Shown piece by piece: positions 51,254 through 60,356 of a stretch of 64,000 nt of DNA. The notes beneath the pieces were generated by a model. The model ran no database searches, was not told the origin of the DNA, and saw only the letters and a program-made list of their open reading frames with translations. The stretch is taken from assembly GCA_038210825.1 (NCBI GenBank), contig JBBQWG010000042.1, forward strand, positions 145 through 64,144, written 5' to 3'. A program made the translations under genes and the position numbers. The DNA comes from Verrucomicrobiales bacterium. Its GTDB lineage: Bacteria > Verrucomicrobiota > Verrucomicrobiia > Verrucomicrobiales > V1-33. Numbering within the stretch: position 1 is the first letter of the stretch; each line of letters begins with the position of its first letter.

Positions 51254-52036
51254 TTAATTGAGCCGTTTTACCCGGATGTTGCGGTAGCGCACAAATTGCC
51301 GGGTATGGTCGCCGCCGCCATGGACTTGGAGGGCAATGCGGCCTTTGGCGGGATGCCGGACCTCCTTCTCCTGCCACTCCATGATCTTCACGCCATTGAT
51401 CCATGTCGTGATGTTAGGGGGATTGCCTTCAATGCGGGCACGCAGTTCGTTCCACTGGCCGGCACGCCAGAAATACGGCCAGCTGGCCGGTTTGACCGGC
51501 AATGGAGTGGGCGGCTCTCCGGTCTTTTTATCGGTGATCTCCGTCACTTTGTCCGTGAAGCTGTAATTCCTGACATGGGGTTTGCCGCCCAGACCCTCGC
51601 CATAGATCCCCATCAGATTCCCGCCGCTGTGATAATCAATCATGGCCTGCCAGGCCTTGCCGTCCACGGTGCTGCGCAGGAAAAGCCCGCTGTCCGGACC
51701 GAAGTCGTTGTTCATTTCCATCGCCACCTCAAAGTCCCCGAATTCCTCCTTGGTCATCACCAGACCCCCGTTGCCTGGCACATCCTGACTGCCGGTGATG
51801 GCCCCATTCTCCACGACCCAGCGCCCGCCGCTAGTGTGGTTGCTGGTGCGGGAATGCCCGCTTTTGGCACTGACCTCCCACCCTGCAAGGGACTGGCCGT
51901 CAAACACCCGGACAAAACCTTCTTCCAGCCCCGCCTGCGGTCCTTCCGGCACCGGTTTGGTGTCCTGCTGCGCGATGGCGACCACGGCGGCGAGGAAGGA
52001 AAGAAGCAGAAGAGAAACGGAAACGCGGGTTTTCAT
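51254..52036 (-). CDS. DUF1080 domain-containing (3-keto-disaccharide hydrolase-like) secreted protein
   Basis: Signal peptide MKTRVSVSLLLLSFLAAVVAIA; FVRVFDGQSLAGWE; RWVVENGAITG; GRIALQVHGGG...VRYRNIRVKRL. Confidence 0.9.
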   Translation of the reverse strand: MKTRVSVSLLLLSFLAAVVAIAQQDTKPVPEGPQAGLEEGFVRVFDGQSLAGWEVSAKSGHSRTSNHTSGGRWVVENGAITGSQDVPGNGGLVMTKEEFGDFEVAMEMNNDFGPDSGLFLRSTVDGKAWQAMIDYHSGGNLMGIYGEGLGGKPHVRNYSFTDKVTEITDKKTGEPPTPLPVKPASWPYFWRAGQWNELRARIEGNPPNITTWINGVKIMEWQEKEVRHPAKGRIALQVHGGGDHTRQFVRYRNIRVKRLN

Positions 52037-52157
52037 AAGGTCCCTCTACGCTGGCTGCGGTCCGGTATTTCGAACGGGCCATGACTGAATCCCGGCTCCC
52101 TGCCCTTCCGCCCGGTCCGTAATAGGCTAAATTCCACTCCCTCCTCGGACCGCCTTC

Positions 52158-52254
52158 CAGTTCCCACGTTGAATTCACCGAACGCGCCGCCCGCCTCGCC
52201 GCGGGAAAAGGTCAGCGCAGCCGGCTGAACCATGGCGGCTTTCCTGCTGGAAAG
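52158..52254. repeat. direct repeat B: decayed second copy of the cysI 3' end
   Basis: cagttcccacgttgaattcaccgaacgcgccgcccgcctcgccgcgggaaaaggtcagcgcagccggctgaaccatggcggctttcctgctggaaag. My hand alignment to repeat A gives 8 substitutions and 3 single-base indels, and the indels break the cysI frame. Confidence 0.85.
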
Positions 52255-52280
52255 AAAACCGGCAGCCTCTATCGTCAGAC

Positions 52281-52799
52281 GTGCGATCTTTGACTACTGC
52301 CCGGAAAATTCATGATTTCATGGATTCGCTCGGAAAGGCGGTTCCTGCCCCGGGCCGGATCTATGTCACGGGAGGTGTCTCCGCCGTTTTAATGGGATGG
52401 CGGGAAATGACGGTAGATATTGATATCAAAGCCGACCCCGAACCCGCAGGACTTTTTCAAGCTTTACCGGAACTGAAGGAAAAACTGGACATCAATCTCG
52501 AATTGGCTTGTCCTTCAGACTTCATCCCGCCGCTGCCTGGCTGGGAGAGCCGAAGCCTTTTTGTCCAGCGTTGTGGCAAAATCGATTTTTACCACTACGA
52601 TTTCTACAGTCAGGCCCTGTCCAAATTGGAACGTTTCCACTCCCGCGACCAATTTGATATCGCCCACATGCTGGCGGATGCATTGATTGAAAAACCGCGC
52701 CTGAGTTCACTCTTCACCGCCATTCTGCCTGATTTGATTCGTTTCCCCGCCATTGATATTCCCACCTTCACCCAACGGGTAGCCGACTTCACAGGATGA
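52281..52799 (+). CDS. minimal nucleotidyltransferase-fold protein (DUF6036/MNT-like)
   Basis: IYVTGGVSAVLMGWREMTVDIDIKAD fits the Pol-beta NTase signature hG[GS]-x9-13-DhDh. 172 aa from GTG 52281, with ATG 52320 as an alternative. Locally AT-richer. Confidence 0.6.
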   Translation: MRSLTTARKIHDFMDSLGKAVPAPGRIYVTGGVSAVLMGWREMTVDIDIKADPEPAGLFQALPELKEKLDINLELACPSDFIPPLPGWESRSLFVQRCGKIDFYHYDFYSQALSKLERFHSRDQFDIAHMLADALIEKPRLSSLFTAILPDLIRFPAIDIPTFTQRVADFTG

Positions 52800-53125
52800 A
52801 TATACCCAGCCACGATCTGCTCCACAATCTGCCTGGTGCTGACATCGCCGAAGCTGGGTTGGCCGACCTGGCAGCCCATCGGGAAACCGTGGCTTCCCTG
52901 CTTTTGGAGATCGGATCGCCTCGCCTCACCAAGGCCGGTCTGGCCATTCCCCTTCCCATCAAGTCCGGAACAGGGCCGCCGGATGCCGAACTCCGGCTTT
53001 ATGCTTTGCTGGGCCGGGAGCATGGCTCCGCAGCCTACAGTCAGTATGGGGCGTGGATGCGCCGTCTGGGCAAGCTGTGCCGTAGCTTGGAACAGCGCGC
53101 CCGCCTGCGGCCTGCGCCAAATTGA
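52796..53125 (+). CDS. hypothetical protein (109 aa), start/stop-overlapped with the NTase gene
   Basis: Its ATG overlaps the upstream TGA (ATGA at 52796-52799). Probably helical. No HEPN R-x4-6-H motif or other signature was recognised. Confidence 0.5.
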   Translation: MNIPSHDLLHNLPGADIAEAGLADLAAHRETVASLLLEIGSPRLTKAGLAIPLPIKSGTGPPDAELRLYALLGREHGSAAYSQYGAWMRRLGKLCRSLEQRARLRPAPN

Positions 53126-53166
53126 AGCACCCGGTGCAGCCTTTTTCTGAAGGCTTCCCGTCCTCA

Positions 53167-53952
53167 TCACGGCACTGCCAGCACCAGACGAGGCTCCCGG
53201 GCTGGATCGATCCAGGCGAGGATTGTCCTGACATTTTCACGGGAGAGCGCCGTGCAGCCGGCCGTGCCCTCGCCCGGCCCTTTCCAAAGGTGGAGAAAAA
53301 TGCAGGAGCCGCCTCCGGGGACGCGGGCGGGATTGTGGCCGATCATGATGCCGGTTTCGTAGGCGCCGTCGTCCCGCCTCATGATTTCCGCACTGTCCCA
53401 ATCCTTGTCAGGAACTATGGTTTCATCGACTACGAGGTTATAATAGCGCGACTTCACGTCATCCACCCCGCGCAGGGAGGGGGTGCATTCCCGCCATGGG
53501 AGTTTCACCCCGGGTGGTGCGGAAACCGCTGAACCAAAGGCAAAGGGCAGCCGGAAGATGCCCGCCGGGCTGCGCCCGTCCCCCTCTTTTTTGTCAGGAT
53601 AGCCTCCCGGATTCGGCAGATCCGGATCACCGGTGCCCCAGCCCACTCCATTTCGTCCCACCACCGCTTCCATGGGTCCTGCGGCAATTTTCCACTCAGG
53701 GAGCCCGGGGTGCCGCTCCAAAAGCCACACTTGGGCCGCCGGCCCATCCATCCCTGGCGGGCGCACCACCACCAATTGCCCGCACTCTGCCGGAACCGCG
53801 CCGCGCAGCCCGCCCGGGATCAGGCGCTGCCCTTCTCCCGTCTTCCACCACACGACCAGAAAGATTCCCAGCGCGACTGAAATGCCCAGTAAAATCACTT
53901 TGTGAAATCGTTTCACCGGCCCACACCAAACGGCAACACGGCAGGATTGCAC
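53167..53952 (-). CDS. L,D-transpeptidase (YkuD-like) family protein
   Basis: N-terminal anchor FHKVILLGISVALGIFLVVWW. C-terminal SCIFLHLWKGPGEGTAGCTALSRENV resembles the H...G-C active-site region of YkuD-type enzymes. Confidence 0.6.
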   Translation of the reverse strand: MQSCRVAVWCGPVKRFHKVILLGISVALGIFLVVWWKTGEGQRLIPGGLRGAVPAECGQLVVVRPPGMDGPAAQVWLLERHPGLPEWKIAAGPMEAVVGRNGVGWGTGDPDLPNPGGYPDKKEGDGRSPAGIFRLPFAFGSAVSAPPGVKLPWRECTPSLRGVDDVKSRYYNLVVDETIVPDKDWDSAEIMRRDDGAYETGIMIGHNPARVPGGGSCIFLHLWKGPGEGTAGCTALSRENVRTILAWIDPAREPRLVLAVP

Positions 53953-54035
53953 CTGGAAACCGGCCAGGAATACGACTTGACCAACCAGTCAACAACCTCC
54001 ACCCGTGAACCGATTCTGCTTTTTCCTTCTGCCTC

Positions 54036-54641
54036 ATGGCCCGCCCCAGTCAAGCCAAAGAAAACCTGATCAAGGCCGCCTATGATCTGATCTGGGAGAA
54101 CAGTTATGGCTCGACCAGTGTGGATGACATCTGCGCGCGCGCCGGGGTGCGCAAAGGCAGCTTCTACCACTTTTTCGAATCCAAAGCCCATCTCGCCATC
54201 GCCACGATTGATTCGGCATGGACCAAACGGCTTCCGGTCCTCAATGAAATTTTTTCCCCGGTGGTGCCCCCTTTGGAACGCTTTGGACGTTATGCCTTGC
54301 TAATGCTGGAATATCAGGAGGAACGCTGCGCCTTGACCGGTCATGTCTGCGGCTGTCCCCTGTCCTCTCTGGGCAGCGAAGTGGGGACCCAGGACGAATT
54401 GATCCGGGCCAAGGTAGCGGAGATCTTTGCCCACCACCTGCGCTTCTATGAATCCGCCATCCGGGATGCCGCAAGCGAAGGCTTGATTGATGGCACAGAT
54501 TCCGCCTTCAAGGCCCGCACCCTGCAAACCTACATCCAAGGAGCCTTTACGCAGGCCAGGGTGCTCAATGATCTGGGACCTATCCGGCAGTTGGACCGGG
54601 CCATTCTGGCGATCCTCGGCGCGGTTCCGGAAGCTGCTTGA
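54036..54641 (+). CDS. TetR/AcrR family transcriptional regulator
   Basis: LIKAAYDLIWENSYGSTSVDDICARAGVRKGSFYHFFESK (TetR HTH). It is followed on the same strand (71-nt gap) by the efflux genes. Confidence 0.9.
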   Translation: MARPSQAKENLIKAAYDLIWENSYGSTSVDDICARAGVRKGSFYHFFESKAHLAIATIDSAWTKRLPVLNEIFSPVVPPLERFGRYALLMLEYQEERCALTGHVCGCPLSSLGSEVGTQDELIRAKVAEIFAHHLRFYESAIRDAASEGLIDGTDSAFKARTLQTYIQGAFTQARVLNDLGPIRQLDRAILAILGAVPEAA

Positions 54642-54712
54642 GTGCCGTGGCGGGACATTCAGTCAACATACCCAGCTAACCCATCCCTCTTTTCCTCCTC
54701 CTTTCCCTCCCC

Positions 54713-55876
54713 ATGAAGCACTTCCTGCCTCTCCTCGCTGGCGCCACCCTCCTGCTGCCCGCCTGCGAAAAAGCCGTTCCGCCTCCCGCGATGGGCGGGT
54801 TGCCCAATCCCATGCCAGTCATGACCCTGGTGCCGGAAAGCCGGAAAATCAATGATTGGGACGAATTTTCCGCCCGCATTGAAGCCACGGATTCCGTCGA
54901 AATCCGGCCGCGCGTCACCGGGTATATCGAACGGGTCGTTTTTGAAGCGGGCCAGTTGGTGCGGGAAGGCGATGTCTTGTTTGAGATTGATCCCCGGTTC
55001 GAACAAGCCGCGCTGGATGTCGCCGATGCCGCGGTGGCCCAGGCCAAGGCCCGCCTCCTGAGCGCCCAAAGTGAGGCTGACCGTGTGGAATCCCTGCTCA
55101 AGGCCCGGGCCATTTCCCACGAAGAAGCTGACACGAGGCGCAACGCCCTCGCGGTGGCCAAAGCCGCAGTCCAGTCCGCTGAGGCCAGCCGCAACGGGGC
55201 CATCCTGAACATGGAATTCACCAAAGTCAGGTCCCCCATCAATGGCCGCGTCAGCCGCGCCCTCCAAACCAAAGGCAATTACATCAGCGGGGTGGCTGGT
55301 TTCACCACCCTGCTCACCTCCGTCGTCAGTGTGGACCCCATGCATGTCTATGCCTCGATTGATGACGCCACCTACCTCCGCTACTCTAAGTTGATCCGGG
55401 AGAAAAAGCTCGCTGATTCCAATTCCGTGAGGGTGACGGTGGATCTCAAGATCGAAGGTGATACCGGCTGGTCACACAAGGGCTGGATAGAATCCTTTGA
55501 CAACCGCATCGACCCAACCACCGGCAGCATTACGGTGAGGGCCGTTTTCCCCAACGAAGAAGGCATTCTCACTGCCGGATCCTTCGCCCGCATCCGCCTG
55601 CCCGGAAGCGGGGAATATGAAGCCATTCTGATCGATGAAAAATATGTCAGCACCAATCAGGACGTGAAGTTTGTCATGGTCGTCGGCAGCGATGGTGCTT
55701 CCGAAGTCCGGCCTATCCAGCTCGGCCGCAGCCATGACGGCCAGCGCGTGGTCCTCAGTGGCCTCTCCTCTTCCGACAAAGTCATCATCAGCGGTCTGCA
55801 GATGCTCCCTCCCGGCTGGCCCGTGCAGGCTATTGCCCCGCTGCCTGAGGCCCCCAAGCCCATCGCCCGGAACTAA
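54713..55876 (+). CDS. efflux RND transporter periplasmic adaptor subunit (pair 1)
   Basis: Lipobox LLLPAC. Biotinyl-lipoyl/HlyD-like blocks RPRVTGYIERVVFEAGQLVREGDVLFEID and FTKVRSPINGRVS. Confidence 0.9.
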   Translation: MKHFLPLLAGATLLLPACEKAVPPPAMGGLPNPMPVMTLVPESRKINDWDEFSARIEATDSVEIRPRVTGYIERVVFEAGQLVREGDVLFEIDPRFEQAALDVADAAVAQAKARLLSAQSEADRVESLLKARAISHEEADTRRNALAVAKAAVQSAEASRNGAILNMEFTKVRSPINGRVSRALQTKGNYISGVAGFTTLLTSVVSVDPMHVYASIDDATYLRYSKLIREKKLADSNSVRVTVDLKIEGDTGWSHKGWIESFDNRIDPTTGSITVRAVFPNEEGILTAGSFARIRLPGSGEYEAILIDEKYVSTNQDVKFVMVVGSDGASEVRPIQLGRSHDGQRVVLSGLSSSDKVIISGLQMLPPGWPVQAIAPLPEAPKPIARN

Positions 55877-55888
55877 CAGGAGTCCGCC

Positions 55889-58800
55889 GTGAATATCAGT
55901 AATTTCTTTATCACGCGCCCGATTTTCGCAGGGGTGCTGTCCGTGCTGATCACCGTCGTGGGTTTCATTTCCCTGCGGTCTCTGCCCATCAGTGAGTATC
56001 CGGAAATCGTGCCGCCCACCGTGGTGGTCATCGCCGCCTACCCCGGGGCCAGTCCCGACGTCATCGCCACCACCGTCTCCTCGCCGCTGGAGGAAGCCAT
56101 CAATGGCGTGGAAAACAGCCTCTACATGTCCTCCCAGGGCACGGCGGATGGGACCATGACCCTCACCGTCACTTTCAAGCTGGGCACCGACCTCGACAAA
56201 GCCCAGGTGCAGGTGCAAAACCGGGTCAACCAGGCTCTGCCCCGCCTGCCGGAGGAGGTCCGCCGCATCGGCGTCACTGTGAACAAGCAGTCACCGGACC
56301 TGACCATGGTGGTGCATCTCATTTCCACTGGCAACAAATACGACGAAATTTTTGTCAGGAATTATGCCAGCCTTCAAGTCAAGGATGTGCTTGCCCGCAT
56401 TCCTGGCGTCGGCCAGGTCGCCCTTTTCGGCTCGGGCGACTACTCCATGCGCATTTGGCTGGATCCGGAAAAAGCCGCCTCCCGCAACATCACCGCCACC
56501 GATGTGGTGGCGGCCCTGCAGGAACAGAATGCCCAGGTTGCCGCAGGGTCGGTCGGAGCCCCGCCCCTCTCCAATCCCGCCAACCTGACCCTCACCATCA
56601 ACGCCAAAGGAAGACTGGTTTCCGAAGAGGAATTCCAGCGCGTGGTCATCAAGATCGGGGAACAGGGCAATCCGGTTTACCTCCGCGACATTGCCCGCAT
56701 CCAGCTCGGGGCCAGTGACTACGCCCTGCGTTCCCTGCTCAATAACGAGCCCGCCGTCGCCATCCCCATCTTCCAGCTCCCCGGGTCCAACGCCCTCGCC
56801 CTTTCCGCCGCCGTCCGCGCCGCCATGGAGGATCTCTCGCAGGCCTTCCCCGACGGCATCGAATACCGCATTGCCTACGACCCCACGGTCTTCGTCAACA
56901 AGTCCATCGACGCCGTCATTTTCACTTTGCTCGAGGCCGTGATCCTGGTGGTGCTGGTCGTCATCATCTTCTTGCAGACTTGGCGCGCTTCCATCATCCC
57001 GCTGGTGGCGGTGCCCGTCTCCCTGATCGGCACCTTTGCGGTGATGCACGCGCTGGGTTTTTCCATCAATAACCTGTCGCTTTTCGGCCTCGTGCTGGCC
57101 ATCGGAATTGTGGTCGATGACGCCATTGTGGTAGTGGAAAACGTGGAACGGAACATCGGGCTGGGAATGGCACCCCACGCGGCCACGGTGCAGGCCATGA
57201 AGGAGGTCACCGGGCCGATCATCGCCACGGCCCTCGTGCTCTGCGCGGTGTTCGTCCCTACGGCCTTCATCAGCGGCCTGACCGGTCAATTCTACAAGCA
57301 ATTTGCCATCACCATCGCCATCTCCACGGTGATCTCCGCCTTCAATTCCCTGACTTTGTCCCCCGCCCTGAGCGCCATGCTGCTCCAGCCGCACGGCGCG
57401 AAAAAGGATCTGGTCTCGCGTTTTCTAGATGCCATGCTTGGGTGGTTCTTCCGGGCCTTCAACAAATTTTTTGAAGCCTGCGCCCGCCTTTACACTTGGA
57501 TCGTGGGACACCTGCTCCGCTTCAGCGCGGCGGTGATCCTCGTCTATTTCGGGCTGGTCTGGCTCACTGCGTTTATCTTCACCAAAGTCCCGGTGGGATT
57601 CATTCCCGCCCAGGACAAACAATACCTTGTCGCCTTCTGCCAACTGCCGGTCGGCTCCTCCCTCGACCGCACCGAAAAAGTCGTCAACATCATGGGCGAC
57701 CTCGCCCGCCAAACCCCGGGCGTCACCGGCTCCATCGCCTTCCCCGGGCTTTCCATCAACGGTTTCACCACCAGCGCCAACTCCGGGATCGCCTTCATCA
57801 GTCTCGATGAATTTGAAAACCGCAGGACGCCTGAAACCAGCGGACCGGCCATCACCGCCGCACTTCAGGCGAAGCTAAGCATGGCGATCCCCGACGCCAT
57901 CGTTTTTGTCAGTGGACCGCCCGCCGTGCAGGGCCTGGGCTCGCTCGGAGGTTTCCGTCTGCAGATTCAGGACCGGGGCAACCTTGGTTATACCGAACTC
58001 CACCGGGTCACCCAGGAAGTGCTGAATAAAATCCGGATGCAAAGCCAGACCTTCAGTCCGCTCGCCTTTACCAGCTTCGAAGTGAATGTCCCGCAATTGT
58101 TTGCCGACGTCGACAAGGTCAAAGCCAAAGCCCAGGGCGTCAATCTCAAGGAACTGTATGCGACCCTGCAAATCTATCTGGGTTCGCTGTATGTGAACGA
58201 CTTCAACCGCTTTGGCCGCACCTATAAAGTGGTCCTGCAGGCGGACGAACCCTTCCGCCGCACCAAGGACGACATCAGCAAACTCAAAGTCCGCAACGCC
58301 GACGGGGTCATGATTCCCCTTTCTTCCCTCGTGGAGGTCCGGGACTCCTATGGTCCGGACCGCGTAATGCACTACAACGCCTTCCCCACCGCCGAAGTCT
58401 CCGGAGGACCCGCGCCTGGCGTCAGCTCCGGCCAGGCAGAGGAAGCGGTCACCCGGATTCTCAGGGAAACCCTGCCCCGGGGGATGTCCTATGAGTGGAC
58501 TGAACTGAAATATCAGCAGATTCTTGCCGGCAATACCGCCGTTTACATCTATCCGTTATGCCTGCTGCTCGTTTTCCTCGTGCTGGCCGCGCAATACGAA
58601 AGCCTGCGCCTGCCGCTGGCGATCATCCTCATCGTCCCAACCTGTCTGCTCAGCGCCATGCTGGGTGTGTTGCTTGATGGCGGCGATAACAACATTTTCA
58701 CCCAGATCGGCCTGATCGTGCTGGTCGGGCTGGCATGCAAGAACGCCATTTTGATTGTCGAGTTTGCCAGGGAAAAACAGGATCATGGCATGAGCGCCGC

Positions 58801-59074
58801 CGAGGCCGCGCTGGAAGCCTGCCGCTTGCGCCTGCGCCCGATTCTGATGACTTCCATCGCCTTCATCGCCGGCGTTTTTCCGCTGGTCGTCAGCACCGGA
58901 GCCGGCAGCGAAATGCGTCAGGCGATGGGTGTAGCCGTTTTCAGCGGCATGATCGGTGTGACCATCTTCGGCCTCTTCCTGACACCCGTATTTTACTTCC
59001 TCCTCATGAAGTGGGGCGAGGACCGCAAGAAGACCCGGCCGCCCACCGTTCCCTCGCCCGTTCCGGGGCATTGA
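55889..59074 (+). CDS. efflux RND transporter permease (AcrB/MexB-like, pair 1)
   Basis: MNISNFFITRPIFAGVLSVLI. 1061 aa with 12-TM HAE1 architecture and conserved VVDDAIVVVENVER and AKNAILIVEFA blocks. Starts at GTG 55889. Confidence 0.95.
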   Translation: MNISNFFITRPIFAGVLSVLITVVGFISLRSLPISEYPEIVPPTVVVIAAYPGASPDVIATTVSSPLEEAINGVENSLYMSSQGTADGTMTLTVTFKLGTDLDKAQVQVQNRVNQALPRLPEEVRRIGVTVNKQSPDLTMVVHLISTGNKYDEIFVRNYASLQVKDVLARIPGVGQVALFGSGDYSMRIWLDPEKAASRNITATDVVAALQEQNAQVAAGSVGAPPLSNPANLTLTINAKGRLVSEEEFQRVVIKIGEQGNPVYLRDIARIQLGASDYALRSLLNNEPAVAIPIFQLPGSNALALSAAVRAAMEDLSQAFPDGIEYRIAYDPTVFVNKSIDAVIFTLLEAVILVVLVVIIFLQTWRASIIPLVAVPVSLIGTFAVMHALGFSINNLSLFGLVLAIGIVVDDAIVVVENVERNIGLGMAPHAATVQAMKEVTGPIIATALVLCAVFVPTAFISGLTGQFYKQFAITIAISTVISAFNSLTLSPALSAMLLQPHGAKKDLVSRFLDAMLGWFFRAFNKFFEACARLYTWIVGHLLRFSAAVILVYFGLVWLTAFIFTKVPVGFIPAQDKQYLVAFCQLPVGSSLDRTEKVVNIMGDLARQTPGVTGSIAFPGLSINGFTTSANSGIAFISLDEFENRRTPETSGPAITAALQAKLSMAIPDAIVFVSGPPAVQGLGSLGGFRLQIQDRGNLGYTELHRVTQEVLNKIRMQSQTFSPLAFTSFEVNVPQLFADVDKVKAKAQGVNLKELYATLQIYLGSLYVNDFNRFGRTYKVVLQADEPFRRTKDDISKLKVRNADGVMIPLSSLVEVRDSYGPDRVMHYNAFPTAEVSGGPAPGVSSGQAEEAVTRILRETLPRGMSYEWTELKYQQILAGNTAVYIYPLCLLLVFLVLAAQYESLRLPLAIILIVPTCLLSAMLGVLLDGGDNNIFTQIGLIVLVGLACKNAILIVEFAREKQDHGMSAAEAALEACRLRLRPILMTSIAFIAGVFPLVVSTGAGSEMRQAMGVAVFSGMIGVTIFGLFLTPVFYFLLMKWGEDRKKTRPPTVPSPVPGH

Positions 59075-59105
59075 CCCGCTTCCCCCCCCCACAAACAGCA
59101 ATCCC

Positions 59106-60275
59106 ATGTCCGGACGATTTCCCCTGCTTGCCGCGATGATGGCGATGTTCCCCGCCTGCTCTAAAAGCACCAGCGGACCGCCTGCCGCGCCTCCCCCTGC
59201 CAAGGTCACGGTGGCCACTCCTCTGGTGAAAAAGGTGATCGAGTGGGACGAATTCACCGGCCGGTTGGAATCCCCCCAGATGGTCAGCCTGCGGGCCAGG
59301 GTGGGCGGCTATCTGGAAAAGATCCACTTCAAGGAAGGCACCGAAATCAAGGCCGGTGACCTGCTGGTGACCATCGACCCCCGACCCTATCAAGCTGCTG
59401 TGGAGGGTGCCAAAGCGGAACTGGACCGCAGCCGGGCCCATGCCGCCCTCGCCAAAAACGAGGCTGTCCGCGCGGAAACCCTCATCAAGTCCCGCGCCAT
59501 CGCCACGGAGGAATACGATTCCCGCCTGAATGCCGCCGCAGAGGCCGATGCCGCCGTCCGGGTCGCCGAAGCCACCCTGAAAAAGGCCGAACTCAACTTC
59601 GAATTTACCAGCGTGCGCGCACCCATCGGCGGTCGCATCAGCTATGCCCAGGTGACTGAAGGCAATCTCGTCACCGGCGGCGAAAAGGACTCCACCCTGC
59701 TCACCACCATCGTTGCCCTCGATCCATTATACTGCTACTTTGAGGTCAATGAGCAGTCCGCCCTGAAATACCGGGAAATGCACAAGCAGGGTCAACGGGT
59801 CAGTCCCTTGTTCCAGGCTGTGCCCGCCGAAATCGGACTCGCCAACCAGCAGGGTTTTCCCCGCAAGGGAATGGTGGATTTTGTGGACAACGTGCTGCGC
59901 CCCGATACCGGCACCATCCGGGCCCGCGGCACCTTTGCCAATCCTGACAAACTGATGGCACCAGGATTTTTTGCCAGGATCCGCATCCCCGGCTCGGGGG
60001 AATATGAAGCCCTCCTGATCCGCGACGAAGCCATCGGCAGCGACCAGGGCCGGTCCTATGTTTATGTGGTGGGAGATGACCGCAAGGCCGTCTACCGGCC
60101 CATTGAAACCGGCCCTATCGAGGATGGCCTGCGCATTGTGCGCTCCGGATTGAAAGCCGGCGAAAAAATCGTCATCAATGGAGTCATCAACCTGCGGGAC
60201 GGCACTCCCGTCGAGCCCGGGGACGGCCCCATGGCCCTGCCCGCTCCTCCCCAAACGGCCCGGACTGACCGTTAG
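59106..60275 (+). CDS. efflux RND transporter periplasmic adaptor subunit (pair 2)
   Basis: Lipobox MFPAC; LRARVGGYLEKIHFKEGTEIKAGDLLVTID; FTSVRAPIGGRIS. Paralog of 54713-55876. Confidence 0.9.
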   Translation: MSGRFPLLAAMMAMFPACSKSTSGPPAAPPPAKVTVATPLVKKVIEWDEFTGRLESPQMVSLRARVGGYLEKIHFKEGTEIKAGDLLVTIDPRPYQAAVEGAKAELDRSRAHAALAKNEAVRAETLIKSRAIATEEYDSRLNAAAEADAAVRVAEATLKKAELNFEFTSVRAPIGGRISYAQVTEGNLVTGGEKDSTLLTTIVALDPLYCYFEVNEQSALKYREMHKQGQRVSPLFQAVPAEIGLANQQGFPRKGMVDFVDNVLRPDTGTIRARGTFANPDKLMAPGFFARIRIPGSGEYEALLIRDEAIGSDQGRSYVYVVGDDRKAVYRPIETGPIEDGLRIVRSGLKAGEKIVINGVINLRDGTPVEPGDGPMALPAPPQTARTDR

Positions 60276-60356
60276 GACCACCGTACTCCCCGGGCTCTCC
60301 AGTGAGCCGGGCGGCCCGCTGCTCCCGGCCACGGCCTGCCCCCATTCCCCTCCTCC

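Noticed and set aside
50927-52084. 385-aa plus-strand ORF overlapping the cysI end and the whole DUF1080 gene
   Set aside because: It begins out of frame inside cysI and is antisense to the DUF1080 gene, which has a signal peptide and family motifs.
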